A stretch of 34,020 nucleotides of DNA from a virus (Duplodnaviria > Caudoviricetes), in the IMG/VR virus record IMGVR_UViG_3300030372_003397, positions 1-34,020 of that record, one strand, 5' to 3'. The position numbers and the translations under genes are program-made. The notes beneath the pieces are model-generated. The model saw only the letters and a list, made by a program, of their open reading frames with translations. It did no database searches and had not been told where the DNA came from. Below, in pieces: positions 1-9,277 of this stretch (positions are counted from its first letter, which is position 1; the number at the start of each line of letters is the position of its first letter).

Positions 1-137
1 TATCAACCCTTAGTCCATAAGTTCTAATTTTTGCATTAGTAAGATTTCCACCATTTACAACTAATTGAACACCTGTAATAGAACTTAATTGTTCTAAGAT
101 AGCTATTTGTTTTATAGCTCTAAAATTAGTACCACTC
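1..137. repeat. Imperfect terminal direct repeat, copy 1
   Basis: Aligns without gaps to 33884-34020; first 46 nt identical, 13 mismatches in total by manual alignment. Confidence 0.92.
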
Positions 138-517
138 ATTTGCCCACTTTGCATTAGATAAAAAGTATAAGAACTTGATGAAAATGGATTGAACACATAT
201 CCTACAATACCATTTGAAGTTGCAGTATTGACTTGTCCAAAACCAACTTGTATATCACTATCCCCTGTTGAACGCACTTCATTAAAAGAACTATCTGCCC
301 TAACTCTTAAATAGGCATATTCATAAATGGAACTTGATATAACTGATCCACTTGAATTTATAAATCTCATATCTAAATCAGAAGTATTTGTATCTGAAAC
401 TGTATTAGATGAAACAATTTTATAAATATCAAAATCATTTGTAAATACATCTGTAACATTTACAGAAGTAACTGTACTACTAACTGTTGTTTCATTAATT
501 AATCTTAAGTTACTCAT
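1..517 (-). CDS. Tail-tip paralog array member S1 (173 aa when completed across the circular junction); missed by ORF track
   Basis: ATG at 517 overlaps upstream TGA (ATGA); MSNLRLINETTVSS...NAKIRTYGLRVDT; frame continues to TAA at 33879-33881, which overlaps the next ATG; same family motifs as its neighbours. Confidence 0.88.
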   Translation of the reverse strand, partial: MSNLRLINETTVSSTVTSVNVTDVFTNDFDIYKIVSSNTVSDTNTSDLDMRFINSSGSVISSSIYEYAYLRVRADSSFNEVRSTGDSDIQVGFGQVNTATSNGIVGYVFNPFSSSSYTFYLMQSGQMSGTNFRAIKQIAILEQLSSITGVQLVVNGGNLTNAKIRTYGLRVD

Positions 518-1113
518 ATCTCTTTTATCCCATAAAGTTTTATAGTGGCTTTATCACAAGCAACACTTGTTAAAACTTGTAAAGCATTTATAGTTTCTGC
601 AACTGCATAAACACCACCACCAAAAGCAATATCTGCACCCTCTTTCATACCTTGAAAAGTTGCAAATGAATAACTACTAGAGTTATTTAAGTTATATAAA
701 TAAACATAATTGTTACTCTGTTCAGTATTATTTGTGTAACTTAGTCCAATAGCACTATCACTTGTTCCTTTTATTTCAGAAAATGTACCACCTGTTGCAC
801 ATACTTGTTGTGCATTTTGATAGTTACTACTTTCATAAGTACTTCCACCATCATTTGAAAATCTTATTGACACCAATTCACTTCCACCACCATTAGTTTC
901 ATAACCTAAAATAGTTAAAAAATGAACATCATAATTTGTACCTTTAATGTTTGTGAAGTTTATAGATGAAGTTGCACCACTAATAGTTTCAGTTTGTATA
1001 AGTTCTAAACTACCACCCCAACTACCATCTTTTGTTAGTTGTAATATTTCACTAGGCGTATATAAGCCAATGTTTTGTTTTACGTTATTCGGTTGCGTAC
1101 CTAAGTAAGCCAT
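514..1113 (-). CDS. Tail-tip paralog array member L1 (N-terminal extension plus beta-rich domain), putative receptor-binding/virion protein
   Basis: Ser/Thr/Gly-rich, C-terminal KLYG motif, AGGAG RBS, located after tail-tip genes. Confidence 0.7.
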   Translation of the reverse strand: MAYLGTQPNNVKQNIGLYTPSEILQLTKDGSWGGSLELIQTETISGATSSINFTNIKGTNYDVHFLTILGYETNGGGSELVSIRFSNDGGSTYESSNYQNAQQVCATGGTFSEIKGTSDSAIGLSYTNNTEQSNNYVYLYNLNNSSSYSFATFQGMKEGADIAFGGGVYAVAETINALQVLTSVACDKATIKLYGIKEI

Positions 1114-1125
1114 AAATTAACTCCT

Positions 1126-1452
1126 TTAGGTTTGTCGCAAAAATGATACATTATATTCCGCACTTGACGCTGCCGAACATAGTCCTTGTAACTTATCTCC
1201 TGTTTCCAATGTAATTTTAGTTTGGATCTCAATTGTTGTTCCAAATGGTAATGACACATTATTTAAAATATGTCTTAGTGATCCACCTGACTTTGTTACA
1301 CTTAAATCAATAGTTACATCTGCGCTAGTTCCACTAACATTTGAAACTAAAATACCAATTACTGTTTCAGTAGTTGAGCTTGGTACTGCATCAACAATAT
1401 CTCCTGCTGAAGTTCCTAAAACTCCTTGGACTGAGTGTAAAGTATCTGCCAT
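1126..1452 (-). CDS. Small beta-rich virion protein, putative tail fibre adaptor
   Basis: 108 aa, xLETGDxL motif typical of small tail-associated proteins; position. Confidence 0.55.
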   Translation of the reverse strand: MADTLHSVQGVLGTSAGDIVDAVPSSTTETVIGILVSNVSGTSADVTIDLSVTKSGGSLRHILNNVSLPFGTTIEIQTKITLETGDKLQGLCSAASSAEYNVSFLRQT

Positions 1453-1466
1453 ATCTTATTCCTTTC

Positions 1467-1985
1467 CTAGCTAAGAGCTAAAACTAATCCTAATGTTACA
1501 CCAGCACTTGCGTTTAATTGACCTGATGAAGCAGTTAAATTGCTTCCTGCCATTGCAGTTGCTAAATCTGCAATACTTTCTTTTTTAGGATTATTACTAT
1601 CATCTGCGTCTATTATTACAAAACTATCGTTTGCTACATTTACTGCACCTGCACTTAATCCATTTGGTGTAAATGTTAATGTTGAAGTAAAAGCACCTGA
1701 AGTAGCAGTAGTACCACCTGACAAACCACCTGTAGCATTAGTAGTAATAGTTACACCTGTTATATCGCCGTCTCCTATAAAACTTGCCCAACTACTTCCG
1801 TTATAAAATTGTAAAGTATTAGAGTCTTTTAAAAAGCAAAACATGCCTTCCTCAGGCGAACTAACTGCACTATCTCTAGCAGATGAATCAGCAAAGCCCA
1901 TTATTACTTGCTCTTGAATATAATTATTGAAGTCGCTAGCATTAACTAACTCTCCAGTTGTCCATACTTTAAAACCACTAGGCAT
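1467..1985 (-). CDS. Minor tail / tail fibre anchor protein
   Basis: N-terminus FKVWTTGELVNASDFNNYIQEQV...ARD..P.EGM resembles actinophage minor tail N-domains; AAGGAG RBS. Confidence 0.7.
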   Translation of the reverse strand: MPSGFKVWTTGELVNASDFNNYIQEQVIMGFADSSARDSAVSSPEEGMFCFLKDSNTLQFYNGSSWASFIGDGDITGVTITTNATGGLSGGTTATSGAFTSTLTFTPNGLSAGAVNVANDSFVIIDADDSNNPKKESIADLATAMAGSNLTASSGQLNASAGVTLGLVLALS

Positions 1986-2014
1986 TTAAAAATCTCCTTG
2001 ATATATCTATTCTT

Positions 2015-2023
2015 ATCTTAGCA
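2015..2023 (-). promoter_or_regulatory. Extended -10-like motif TGCTAAGAT
   Basis: Intergenic; identical copy at 31680-31688 and variants at 30736-30744, 29413-29421, 26866-26874. Confidence 0.45.
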
Positions 2024-3286
2024 TTAACTATAAGCAAATCTAGTTCCCTCGCCTAACTTAGCTTGTCCAAGTACCCAAGCAGATGACCCTGCAGGACTAA
2101 GATTTAATTTATATTGCCATTTTTGATTACTACTATCAATATTATGAGTTATACTTTCTATCCATACTTCATCACTAAATGTTGAACTATTTGGATTTGT
2201 TATATTAACCTTTACTCTATCTCCGAATTCAAGTCCTAAAACTTTTGGCCATAAAGAAGTATTATCTCTTGGATCAATAGTTAAATTATCAATTCTTTCA
2301 ATCGGTGTTGAAGTTTCAGTTAATTTTTGTTGAATAATTGATAAAACATTAGAGTCTGATATATTTTTAGTAGTCTGTGTGCTAGTTTTTGCAGTATATC
2401 TATTTACACTATCAGCGTCTGCTACATACTGTTGTGATCCGCTATCTCTTGTCCACTCATAAACATTTCTAACTTCATTAGTATCAAAACTTGTTTCAAC
2501 ATTTTTAAAAGGTAAATTACTACCGCTATTATCAAAAGTTGCTTGTACTGTTGTTGCTTTAGCATTACTTAATTTATAATCTCTATTTCTAAATACTGCA
2601 TTGCCATTAGCACCAATAAAAAATTGAGCATTTTCAGCAGTTTCGCACTCTTGTAAGCCAGTTAAAAGATTAGTTGTTATAGCTTGTGTAATTATTTGTA
2701 ATGTTCCAGTACTAATTGTTCGCATTGAACTAGGAAAGCCAATAGAGTCTAATAACCTAGTTACTCTATTAGAAGTCAATTCTTGTACGTCATCATAACC
2801 TAATCTAGTAGAACTTCCTAACTCACTAAAACCACTTTGACCTATTTTCCAACCCACTGATTGTATTGTTTGACTTTGAAATATTTTAAATGCGTCAATA
2901 GCCCTAAATTGTGTAGTACTATCTGCACCTTTAGCAGGATATTTAACTGGAATAGTATCTAAAAAACCATAAAAAAGAACATAAGTAGCTGAATCATATG
3001 TAGCTGATACCTTTACTGTCTTTAATGGTTGTATTTTAGTCCTACCATTAGCGGAGTCATAATAATTTGTTGTTTGAGTAGGATTAAACCTATTATCAGT
3101 ATTTGATAATAATAACTCACAAGTCCCTGCAGTAAATTGTCCTAATTCATTACTTCTTCCGCGCGATATTGATATATTACGAACATATTGCGATATATCA
3201 GTAAAACTTTGGCTACTATCGAAAGGTTCGCTATCAAAACCTATTTGAACGGTTAAATTAACATTGCTATCAAAAGCAACACTCAT
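2024..3286 (-). CDS. Minor tail protein (tail tip/hub)
   Basis: Immediately after tape measure; ISISRGR...AGTC.L.L.N.D.RF.P motif of actinophage-type minor tail proteins. Confidence 0.75.
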   Translation of the reverse strand: MSVAFDSNVNLTVQIGFDSEPFDSSQSFTDISQYVRNISISRGRSNELGQFTAGTCELLLSNTDNRFNPTQTTNYYDSANGRTKIQPLKTVKVSATYDSATYVLFYGFLDTIPVKYPAKGADSTTQFRAIDAFKIFQSQTIQSVGWKIGQSGFSELGSSTRLGYDDVQELTSNRVTRLLDSIGFPSSMRTISTGTLQIITQAITTNLLTGLQECETAENAQFFIGANGNAVFRNRDYKLSNAKATTVQATFDNSGSNLPFKNVETSFDTNEVRNVYEWTRDSGSQQYVADADSVNRYTAKTSTQTTKNISDSNVLSIIQQKLTETSTPIERIDNLTIDPRDNTSLWPKVLGLEFGDRVKVNITNPNSSTFSDEVWIESITHNIDSSNQKWQYKLNLSPAGSSAWVLGQAKLGEGTRFAYS

Positions 3287-5688
3287 AATATAACCTTTAT
3301 ACCTCGCCTTTGGGCTTCTAATATAGCCATAGCAACTGCGTCTGGGTCATTACTTTGAATATTATTTTCTTGTTGTAAATGTAAAATAGTTGTTACTCCT
3401 GCTGTTTGGCCAATCCTATCCATTGCGCTAACTGGATCTACTACTGCAGGTGGAACATCACCACCACCTCCAAGACCTCCTCCAGTATCAAAGACATCTC
3501 CACCACCGCCATTATTACCACCACCACCAGTAGCAGTACTTGGTACTTCGCCATTAAATAAATTTAAAAACTGGCCCCTTAATCTATCTAATTGCATGCC
3601 TGTTTTATCTACCATAGCTTTAAATAGTTCCTCAAATGTTCCTAATGCCTCTGCGTCTGCCATAGCTTTATCTAGCTCTTCTTTAGCTAGTGCTATTTTT
3701 AATATATTTTCAGGTGTTTGAGCAGTAGCCTCGTTGTAATCTCTTGTTGCTTCAGTTAATAATTCCTGTGCCTTAGTTAAATTTTCCTCTGCTCGTTTTT
3801 GTTCATCTAATGCTCTTTCTAATTGCCTTTTCTTATCTAACTGCTCACTATCAGCACTAGTACTTGCTTTGATTAATTCAGTAAGTTTTTGTTTAGCTAA
3901 AGCTAGTTCAATTTCCTGTATTTTATTCTTTTCCTCGGCTTGTTCAAGGTCTTGAACTGCTTTTGTTTGCCTTAATATAGCTAATTCTTCTTCTAATGTT
4001 ACTTTTTTAGCTTCTTCCATTGCCCTTATATGTTCAAATTGTGCCTCCGTAACAAAGTCATTTGCGTCAGCTAGTTCCTTTTCTGCTTTACTTACTAACT
4101 TGCTAGCTTTCTTGCGATCCGTTAATAAATCTTCTTGCTCTTTATATATATCATTTAGGTTGCGTTGTGCTCTTTGTAATTTATCAAATGCACTTATAGC
4201 GTTTTGGTTAATGTTTTTAATTCTTTCCATTTCCGCTTCAGTTGCCTCTTTTACTGCTTCAGTATTTTCTTCAGTTTCCCTAGTGTGATTTTTTAAAGCT
4301 TCATTAATAATATCTTGTGTTGTAGCATAATTTGTTTGTACTCTATCTAATTCACGAGCCGAATCTATAGCTTTTTGTGTTGCACTTCTATGATCCGTTA
4401 CTAAATCAGTAGTTTTTTCAACTGATACTCCATAAGCATTGTATGCTCTTGGTAAATCTGTACCATATAGTCCTACATTCCTATCAATTTCATCAGCTGC
4501 TTCTTTCATCCTTTTATGTGTTTCTTTTTGTTTTGTTATAAATTTGCTAAATCCTTGAGTTACTTTAGTAATTTTTTGCACCATTGCAGTTAAGGCAGGA
4601 GCAATTATTTCGCCAATAAGTATTCCTAATTCAGAAAATGCGTTATTCATTAAATCTATTTGTGCCTTAAGCGATCCCATTTGTTTATCAGCAACCATTT
4701 CAGTTGTACCACCTGATTGCCTTAAATCAGCCTCATACTGTCTTATTTGGTCGCCTGCACCTGATAATATTTTAACTGCGTCAGCAACACCTCTATTAAG
4801 CCCTAATTGGTCTAAGGTGGCCGCTTTCATTTCATCAGACATTGGTCCTAATACTCCGTCTAGTTCCTCGACTATATCAGCAACATTTTTCATATTGCCT
4901 TGACTATCAAACATTTCTAAACCAAGTTTGGCAAACTCCTCACTATTTTTAGCAGTAGCTCTTGGTATATCTCTTAATACTTGGTTTAACTTTTCGCCAG
5001 CCTCAGCACCTTTAACACCTCTATCTGCAAAGGCAGCCAATACTGCAACACCTTCCTCAACATCTTTACCAACTACTTTTAAGGCAGCACCTGCTTTAGT
5101 AGTTAATGCTTCAGAAAACTGTTGCACACTTGCGTTAGCTAAGGTATTAGCTTTTACTAATACATCAGTTACTCTTGTTAAATTATTTAAGTTAGCTTGT
5201 GCGTCATCAACTGATAAACCTAAAGCAGATTGTGCGTCAGTTGCTAAGTCAGTAGCAGTAGCCATATCAAACATACCTGCTTGTGCAAATTTTGCAACTT
5301 GTGGTAAGGCAGCTACAGATTGTTCAGCATTTAAACCTGCTGACGCTAAAAAGAAAAATGCTTCAGCTGATTGGTCAGCACTAATACGAGTAGTCCTTGA
5401 AGTTTCAAGTGCAGCCTTTTTCATAGCCTCTTGTTGAACTACTGTTGTGTCCATAATGGCTAATGACTGTGTCATCTTATCATCAAAAGAAATAAATTCT
5501 TGAGTAGCTTTTGTTAAACCTTTAGCTAAACCTACTGCTAACGCAAGTCCTGCAACCTTTACGGCAGCACTAAATTTACCTAAACTTTTTCCTGATTTTC
5601 CACCTTGAGATCCAATACCTGCAAGTTGTCTTTTTGCTAATTCAGCACCTTTGGTAACTATATTTATAGCAATATCTGCCATTGCCAT
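3283..5688 (-). CDS. Tape measure protein (TP901-like core)
   Basis: 801 aa, Ala-rich helical; SAEAFFFLASAG, KGAEAGEKL, GNMKNVADIV motifs; follows chaperone genes. Confidence 0.93.
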   Translation of the reverse strand: MAMADIAINIVTKGAELAKRQLAGIGSQGGKSGKSLGKFSAAVKVAGLALAVGLAKGLTKATQEFISFDDKMTQSLAIMDTTVVQQEAMKKAALETSRTTRISADQSAEAFFFLASAGLNAEQSVAALPQVAKFAQAGMFDMATATDLATDAQSALGLSVDDAQANLNNLTRVTDVLVKANTLANASVQQFSEALTTKAGAALKVVGKDVEEGVAVLAAFADRGVKGAEAGEKLNQVLRDIPRATAKNSEEFAKLGLEMFDSQGNMKNVADIVEELDGVLGPMSDEMKAATLDQLGLNRGVADAVKILSGAGDQIRQYEADLRQSGGTTEMVADKQMGSLKAQIDLMNNAFSELGILIGEIIAPALTAMVQKITKVTQGFSKFITKQKETHKRMKEAADEIDRNVGLYGTDLPRAYNAYGVSVEKTTDLVTDHRSATQKAIDSARELDRVQTNYATTQDIINEALKNHTRETEENTEAVKEATEAEMERIKNINQNAISAFDKLQRAQRNLNDIYKEQEDLLTDRKKASKLVSKAEKELADANDFVTEAQFEHIRAMEEAKKVTLEEELAILRQTKAVQDLEQAEEKNKIQEIELALAKQKLTELIKASTSADSEQLDKKRQLERALDEQKRAEENLTKAQELLTEATRDYNEATAQTPENILKIALAKEELDKAMADAEALGTFEELFKAMVDKTGMQLDRLRGQFLNLFNGEVPSTATGGGGNNGGGGDVFDTGGGLGGGGDVPPAVVDPVSAMDRIGQTAGVTTILHLQQENNIQSNDPDAVAMAILEAQRRGIKVIL

Positions 5689-5882
5689 TATTTTTGTTTC
5701 CTTTTCTTATTTTCAGCTTCTTGCATAGCTATAACCTTATTTCTTTCCGTAATCTCCCAGTTGTAATATTTTATCCACTGGTTGTATTCCTTATTGCTCA
5801 TTTTAGTAGTTAGTTCGCCCACAGTCATGCCTAACTCTCTAGCAAGTTTAAATTGAAATAAGTTGTCGTTATTCGTTAGGAA
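5688..5882 (-). CDS. Tail assembly chaperone GT C-terminal part, probably reached by ribosomal frameshift
   Basis: Open frame FLTNNDNLFQFKLARELGMTVGELTTKMSNKEYNQWIKYY...KQK*, with the LAxELGxTVxEL..MS..E...W motif; stop overlaps TMP start (TAATG). Confidence 0.8.
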   Translation of the reverse strand, partial: FLTNNDNLFQFKLARELGMTVGELTTKMSNKEYNQWIKYYNWEITERNKVIAMQEAENKKRKQK

Positions 5883-6204
5883 AGTTATCTGCTTCCGCAG
5901 AACCTCCTATGCCGTTTACCTCGTTAATTATTAAAAATATTTTATCTATTACTTTGCTATCTTTTTTATAAAGTTCATCAATATCATCATCAGATAATTT
6001 GGGATCACTTACACAAACTTTTAATAATTCTTTTTGATAATCAAATGCGTCAGTATCGCCGTCCTCTAATTGCCTACCAAGTTCAACTTGCATAGCTTTA
6101 GAAATACCTTGCACTTCAATAGTGCAATTCCACTCGTCTATTTTTACTTCTTTTGTTGGGACGTCAGGCAAACTTTTAATGCCCTCTACACTTAATCTTT
6201 TCAT
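5869..6204 (-). CDS. Tail assembly chaperone G
   Basis: Acidic 111 aa protein between tail tube and TMP; V.IDEW...V and DP.L motifs. Confidence 0.82.
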   Translation of the reverse strand: MKRLSVEGIKSLPDVPTKEVKIDEWNCTIEVQGISKAMQVELGRQLEDGDTDAFDYQKELLKVCVSDPKLSDDDIDELYKKDSKVIDKIFLIINEVNGIGGSAEADNFPNE

Positions 6205-6224
6205 TTTACTCCTTATTTATAAAT

Positions 6225-6635
6225 TTAGTGAGTTCCGCGTGTTACTGCTCCTGTAACTTGTAAATCTGCTGAATATCCTACGACATCTCCAACAGGACTT
6301 GACTTAGAATAACTTGTCATTATTGCTTCGCCAGTATATTTAACTTTACCACTTGCAGTACCCTCTGGAGAGTATTCAAATGATAATGTTGCACTTTGGC
6401 CAACAACTGCACCGAATATTGCGTCTGCTGTTGCGTCCCATAGTCCTGATAATGAGATAGTTGCGTCTTTAAGTCCAACAATGTAGGTTTTATTGCTAGC
6501 CCCTAAAGTTGTTGTTTCAGCAACATCTGCGGTCTGAGGAAAATCAACATTATTTACATACGAACTTACATCAGTTAGTGATCCAGAACCATTGTCTAGT
6601 TTAAAAACCGAATCTGATCCATGTACAAATGCCAT
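6225..6635 (-). CDS. Major tail tube protein
   Basis: AETTTLG..KTYIVGLKDATISLSG motif, YSADLQVTG C-terminus, position before chaperone. Confidence 0.85.
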   Translation of the reverse strand: MAFVHGSDSVFKLDNGSGSLTDVSSYVNNVDFPQTADVAETTTLGASNKTYIVGLKDATISLSGLWDATADAIFGAVVGQSATLSFEYSPEGTASGKVKYTGEAIMTSYSKSSPVGDVVGYSADLQVTGAVTRGTH

Positions 6636-6643
6636 ATTTCTCC

Positions 6644-7360
6644 TTAATTGTTTCTTCCAAATCCTACTATAGCATTTATAGTAGGTGTTGAGCTACCACC
6701 AATAGTGTTATGTACTCTTACATAACGATTAATAGTAGTTCCTTTATCTACGTATTTTATTTCGCTTGTTGCCCCAGTTGCTTGCGTAAATGTAATCAAA
6801 TCAGCATAAGTAACATTATCTGCACTATGTTGTATTTTTACATCTCCAGTTGGACTTGTCCCACTAACTGAAGTAACAATTAAAAAAGCTCCTGCACCTG
6901 CGGTAGTACTTGAAGTATTATCTACTGCACTTCCTTGCGCACCTGTTGTTGTAAAAGCAGAATTAGTAATAACAACTCCCGAAAAAAGGCCATTATCAGG
7001 TTGCACATCAATACTTGTAGCAACTACATCGCCTACTGGACTAGATACTGCATAATTACTTATGTTACCTTTACCAAATGTATTTCTATCTCCTGTTGCT
7101 ACTCCGTCTAAACCAATAACTAAATTAAAATCAGCTCCACCTAATAAAGGTTGTAATACTCCGTCTGAAGTTGCGTCAAATAATCCACCTAAACTTATTG
7201 TTCCGTCTTTTTCTCCAGGTACATAAGTTTTATTACTATTACCAAATGTAGTTGTTTCAGCTATGTCCGCAGTTTGCGTACTATCTGCATTATTAAAATA
7301 TGTTGAGTAATTACTTGCATTAACATAAATAACTACATCTTTACCATGTACAAATGCCAC
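6644..7360 (-). CDS. Second tail tube paralog with ~110 aa C-terminal extra domain (GTG start)
   Basis: Shares MAFVHG, TAD.AETTT.G.SNKTY, KD.TISL.GL.DAT.D and SSPVGDVV with 6225..6635; GGAGGT RBS. Confidence 0.78.
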   Translation of the reverse strand: MAFVHGKDVVIYVNASNYSTYFNNADSTQTADIAETTTFGNSNKTYVPGEKDGTISLGGLFDATSDGVLQPLLGGADFNLVIGLDGVATGDRNTFGKGNISNYAVSSPVGDVVATSIDVQPDNGLFSGVVITNSAFTTTGAQGSAVDNTSSTTAGAGAFLIVTSVSGTSPTGDVKIQHSADNVTYADLITFTQATGATSEIKYVDKGTTINRYVRVHNTIGGSSTPTINAIVGFGRNN

Positions 7361-7398
7361 TATCTACCTCCGCAACAACCTTGACCACAACAGTCCAT
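7360..7398 (-). CDS. 12-aa Cys-rich micro-ORF MDCCGQGCCGGR
   Basis: Coupled on both sides (TAATG upstream, TAGTG downstream). Confidence 0.45.
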   Translation of the reverse strand: MDCCGQGCCGGR

Positions 7399-7478
7399 TA
7401 TCTCATACCTCGTCTTCTTCTCCTACGGCCACGCCTACGACGACCGCCACTTCCACTTCCATAACTACCTTTTGGCAT
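7398..7478 (-). CDS. 26-aa Arg-rich peptide MPKGSYGSGSGGRRRRGRRRRRRGMR
   Basis: TAATG overlaps at both ends, GAGGAGG upstream, mixed Arg codons. Confidence 0.6.
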   Translation of the reverse strand: MPKGSYGSGSGGRRRRGRRRRRRGMR

Positions 7479-7690
7479 TATTCCTCCTCAAATTCTGTAT
7501 CGTAATCATCTACTTTTAAATCTTTTTTAAGTTCCTCTTTAACAAATTCTTTTTTATCAAAACCTTTTGCAATTATTCCTTGGTCTAATAACCACTTTTT
7601 ACTTTTTTTAGGTATTTTATTTTCCGGCACAAGTGATCCAGCTTCAAAGTATTCTTTTCCTATTTCAATACCAACTTTAACTTCAAACAT
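7478..7690 (-). CDS. Small hypothetical protein in neck/tail module
   Basis: 70 aa, TAATG-coupled; WLLDQGII motif common in small structural-module proteins. Confidence 0.7.
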   Translation of the reverse strand: MFEVKVGIEIGKEYFEAGSLVPENKIPKKSKKWLLDQGIIAKGFDKKEFVKEELKKDLKVDDYDTEFEEE

Positions 7691-8097
7691 TATGCTATTA
7701 CCTCTACTGTAAATTCTACACCTAAATAATCTATGTTATTTACATTATACACACCGTAGTTGTCTGCCTCAATAACTCTAACTGAACTTGCAACGCCACC
7801 TAAAGTTAAATCACTTTCACATTGTGCTTTAATACTACTGGCCCCTGAACTGTTTAAATAAGCGTCTAAAGTCTCTTGGCTATCTTGTGCATCAACACGA
7901 CTTACATAGAGGAAAACAGGTATTTCGTAGGTGTCAGCACCTCTCTGCATGGTACTATCGTAATTAACATTATCTACTACACCAATTACCGCAGTAGGTG
8001 GTTCAATGCTATCTGGAACATATCCATATACTGATAATGAAGTAATGTTAGCTAAATTAGTTTTAATACCATTTCTAATATCAGTTAAACTAGCCAT
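7690..8097 (-). CDS. Tail terminator / tail completion protein
   Basis: Position; PDSIEPP and D.TLGG motifs. Confidence 0.72.
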   Translation of the reverse strand: MASLTDIRNGIKTNLANITSLSVYGYVPDSIEPPTAVIGVVDNVNYDSTMQRGADTYEIPVFLYVSRVDAQDSQETLDAYLNSSGASSIKAQCESDLTLGGVASSVRVIEADNYGVYNVNNIDYLGVEFTVEVIA

Positions 8098-8657
8098 TAT
8101 ATTTTACCTTTTCTACTTTTTTTAAAATTTGTTTCAATTCTTTTACTTGCTAATAACAATAATGTTTTTCTACTATCTTCGCTATTATCATAAGCAATTT
8201 TTAAAAATGGAACAATTGGAGTTCCTTTTATACTTATAGCTCTAGCAACTAAAAATGGATTAATTCCTTTTCTTTCAGCCCAACCTCTTAATGCCCTAAC
8301 TGGTGGAAAATGAGGCTTAGTTCTAGTCCAATTAGGACTTTCCTTATATTTTCCTGCAAAAGCTTTTTTAACATCTCCATGAACATAACTTGCGTGTTTA
8401 GCGGTAGCCATTACTTTAACACCTTTAGGTAAAGCACCAACTTGTGCAGTTCTACGAGTATATTTAATACTTGACTTTAAAGCTCCAGTATCATTTTTAT
8501 CATATTGGTCTAATACTGCTTTAGCCTCATCTTTTACTGCTTTGCCATATTCGTTATAAAATTTTCTAATTGGTGTATAAGCTAATCCACCTAATGCGAT
8601 CCGCTTTTTTAATTGACTTAAACCAGTAACTTTAACTGAAGTTCCAGTACCGGCCAT
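8097..8657 (-). CDS. HK97 gp10-like neck/tail completion protein
   Basis: Basic; V.GL..L, DTGALKSSI, YVH.G, PFL..A motifs. Confidence 0.75.
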   Translation of the reverse strand: MAGTGTSVKVTGLSQLKKRIALGGLAYTPIRKFYNEYGKAVKDEAKAVLDQYDKNDTGALKSSIKYTRRTAQVGALPKGVKVMATAKHASYVHGDVKKAFAGKYKESPNWTRTKPHFPPVRALRGWAERKGINPFLVARAISIKGTPIVPFLKIAYDNSEDSRKTLLLLASKRIETNFKKSRKGKI

Positions 8658-9271
8658 TATAAAGTTCTTTTAATATAGCCTTTAATTATTTTCATAGCGT
8701 CTGGATCAAATCTATTCAACAATTCAATATTGCCTGTTTGGTCCGAACCATAAACTGAAAAAGGGCTATCTTTGCGTTTAAATAATCTAGTAGCCTGTAA
8801 TAATGTAGCTTGTTTTATTGCGTCAGGTGGAGAGGAAAAACCAAACGCAGCAGTTACTTTTAATTGTTTAACTATACGAGGGTCAAATCTTTCACTACTT
8901 CTATCTTTTAAAATTTTTATACAAGTATAAGGTTGATATTGTAAATTAGTATCAGTTACATTAACTGGTGTTAAATAAAAATCAGTATCAATTGTTAAAG
9001 TTTTATTATGTGATCCATCATCATTATCATCTATTTTTACTACTAAACCTGAAGTTGTACTTATATCATCTACTAATACTTGATATTTTTCAATAGGTGT
9101 GTAATACCTATCTTGTGAGCTAGTTTGGTAAAATATACGATTGCATATTCTATCTATTTCACGACTTGCAGTTTCCACTGCGTTTTCTAAATTTTCATCT
9201 TGTCCGCTACCGCTAATGCCTGTATATGTTTTTAATTCTGCAAGTGAGCAATAGCCATTAACGATAGCCAT
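8657..9271 (-). CDS. Head-tail adaptor (gp6/gp15-like)
   Basis: YCSLAELK, ASREIDRICNR.F, P.AIKQATL motifs; follows capsid. Confidence 0.82.
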   Translation of the reverse strand: MAIVNGYCSLAELKTYTGISGSGQDENLENAVETASREIDRICNRIFYQTSSQDRYYTPIEKYQVLVDDISTTSGLVVKIDDNDDGSHNKTLTIDTDFYLTPVNVTDTNLQYQPYTCIKILKDRSSERFDPRIVKQLKVTAAFGFSSPPDAIKQATLLQATRLFKRKDSPFSVYGSDQTGNIELLNRFDPDAMKIIKGYIKRTL

Positions 9272-9277
9272 TACTTA

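Noticed and set aside
1-137. Diversity-generating retroelement TR/VR pair (1-137 vs 33884-34020)
   Set aside because: Mismatches are not adenine-specific on either strand, several are synonymous, and no reverse transcriptase gene is present
3445-3535. CCA/CCT-rich repeat-like tract
   Set aside because: Encodes a Gly-rich linker in the tape measure protein
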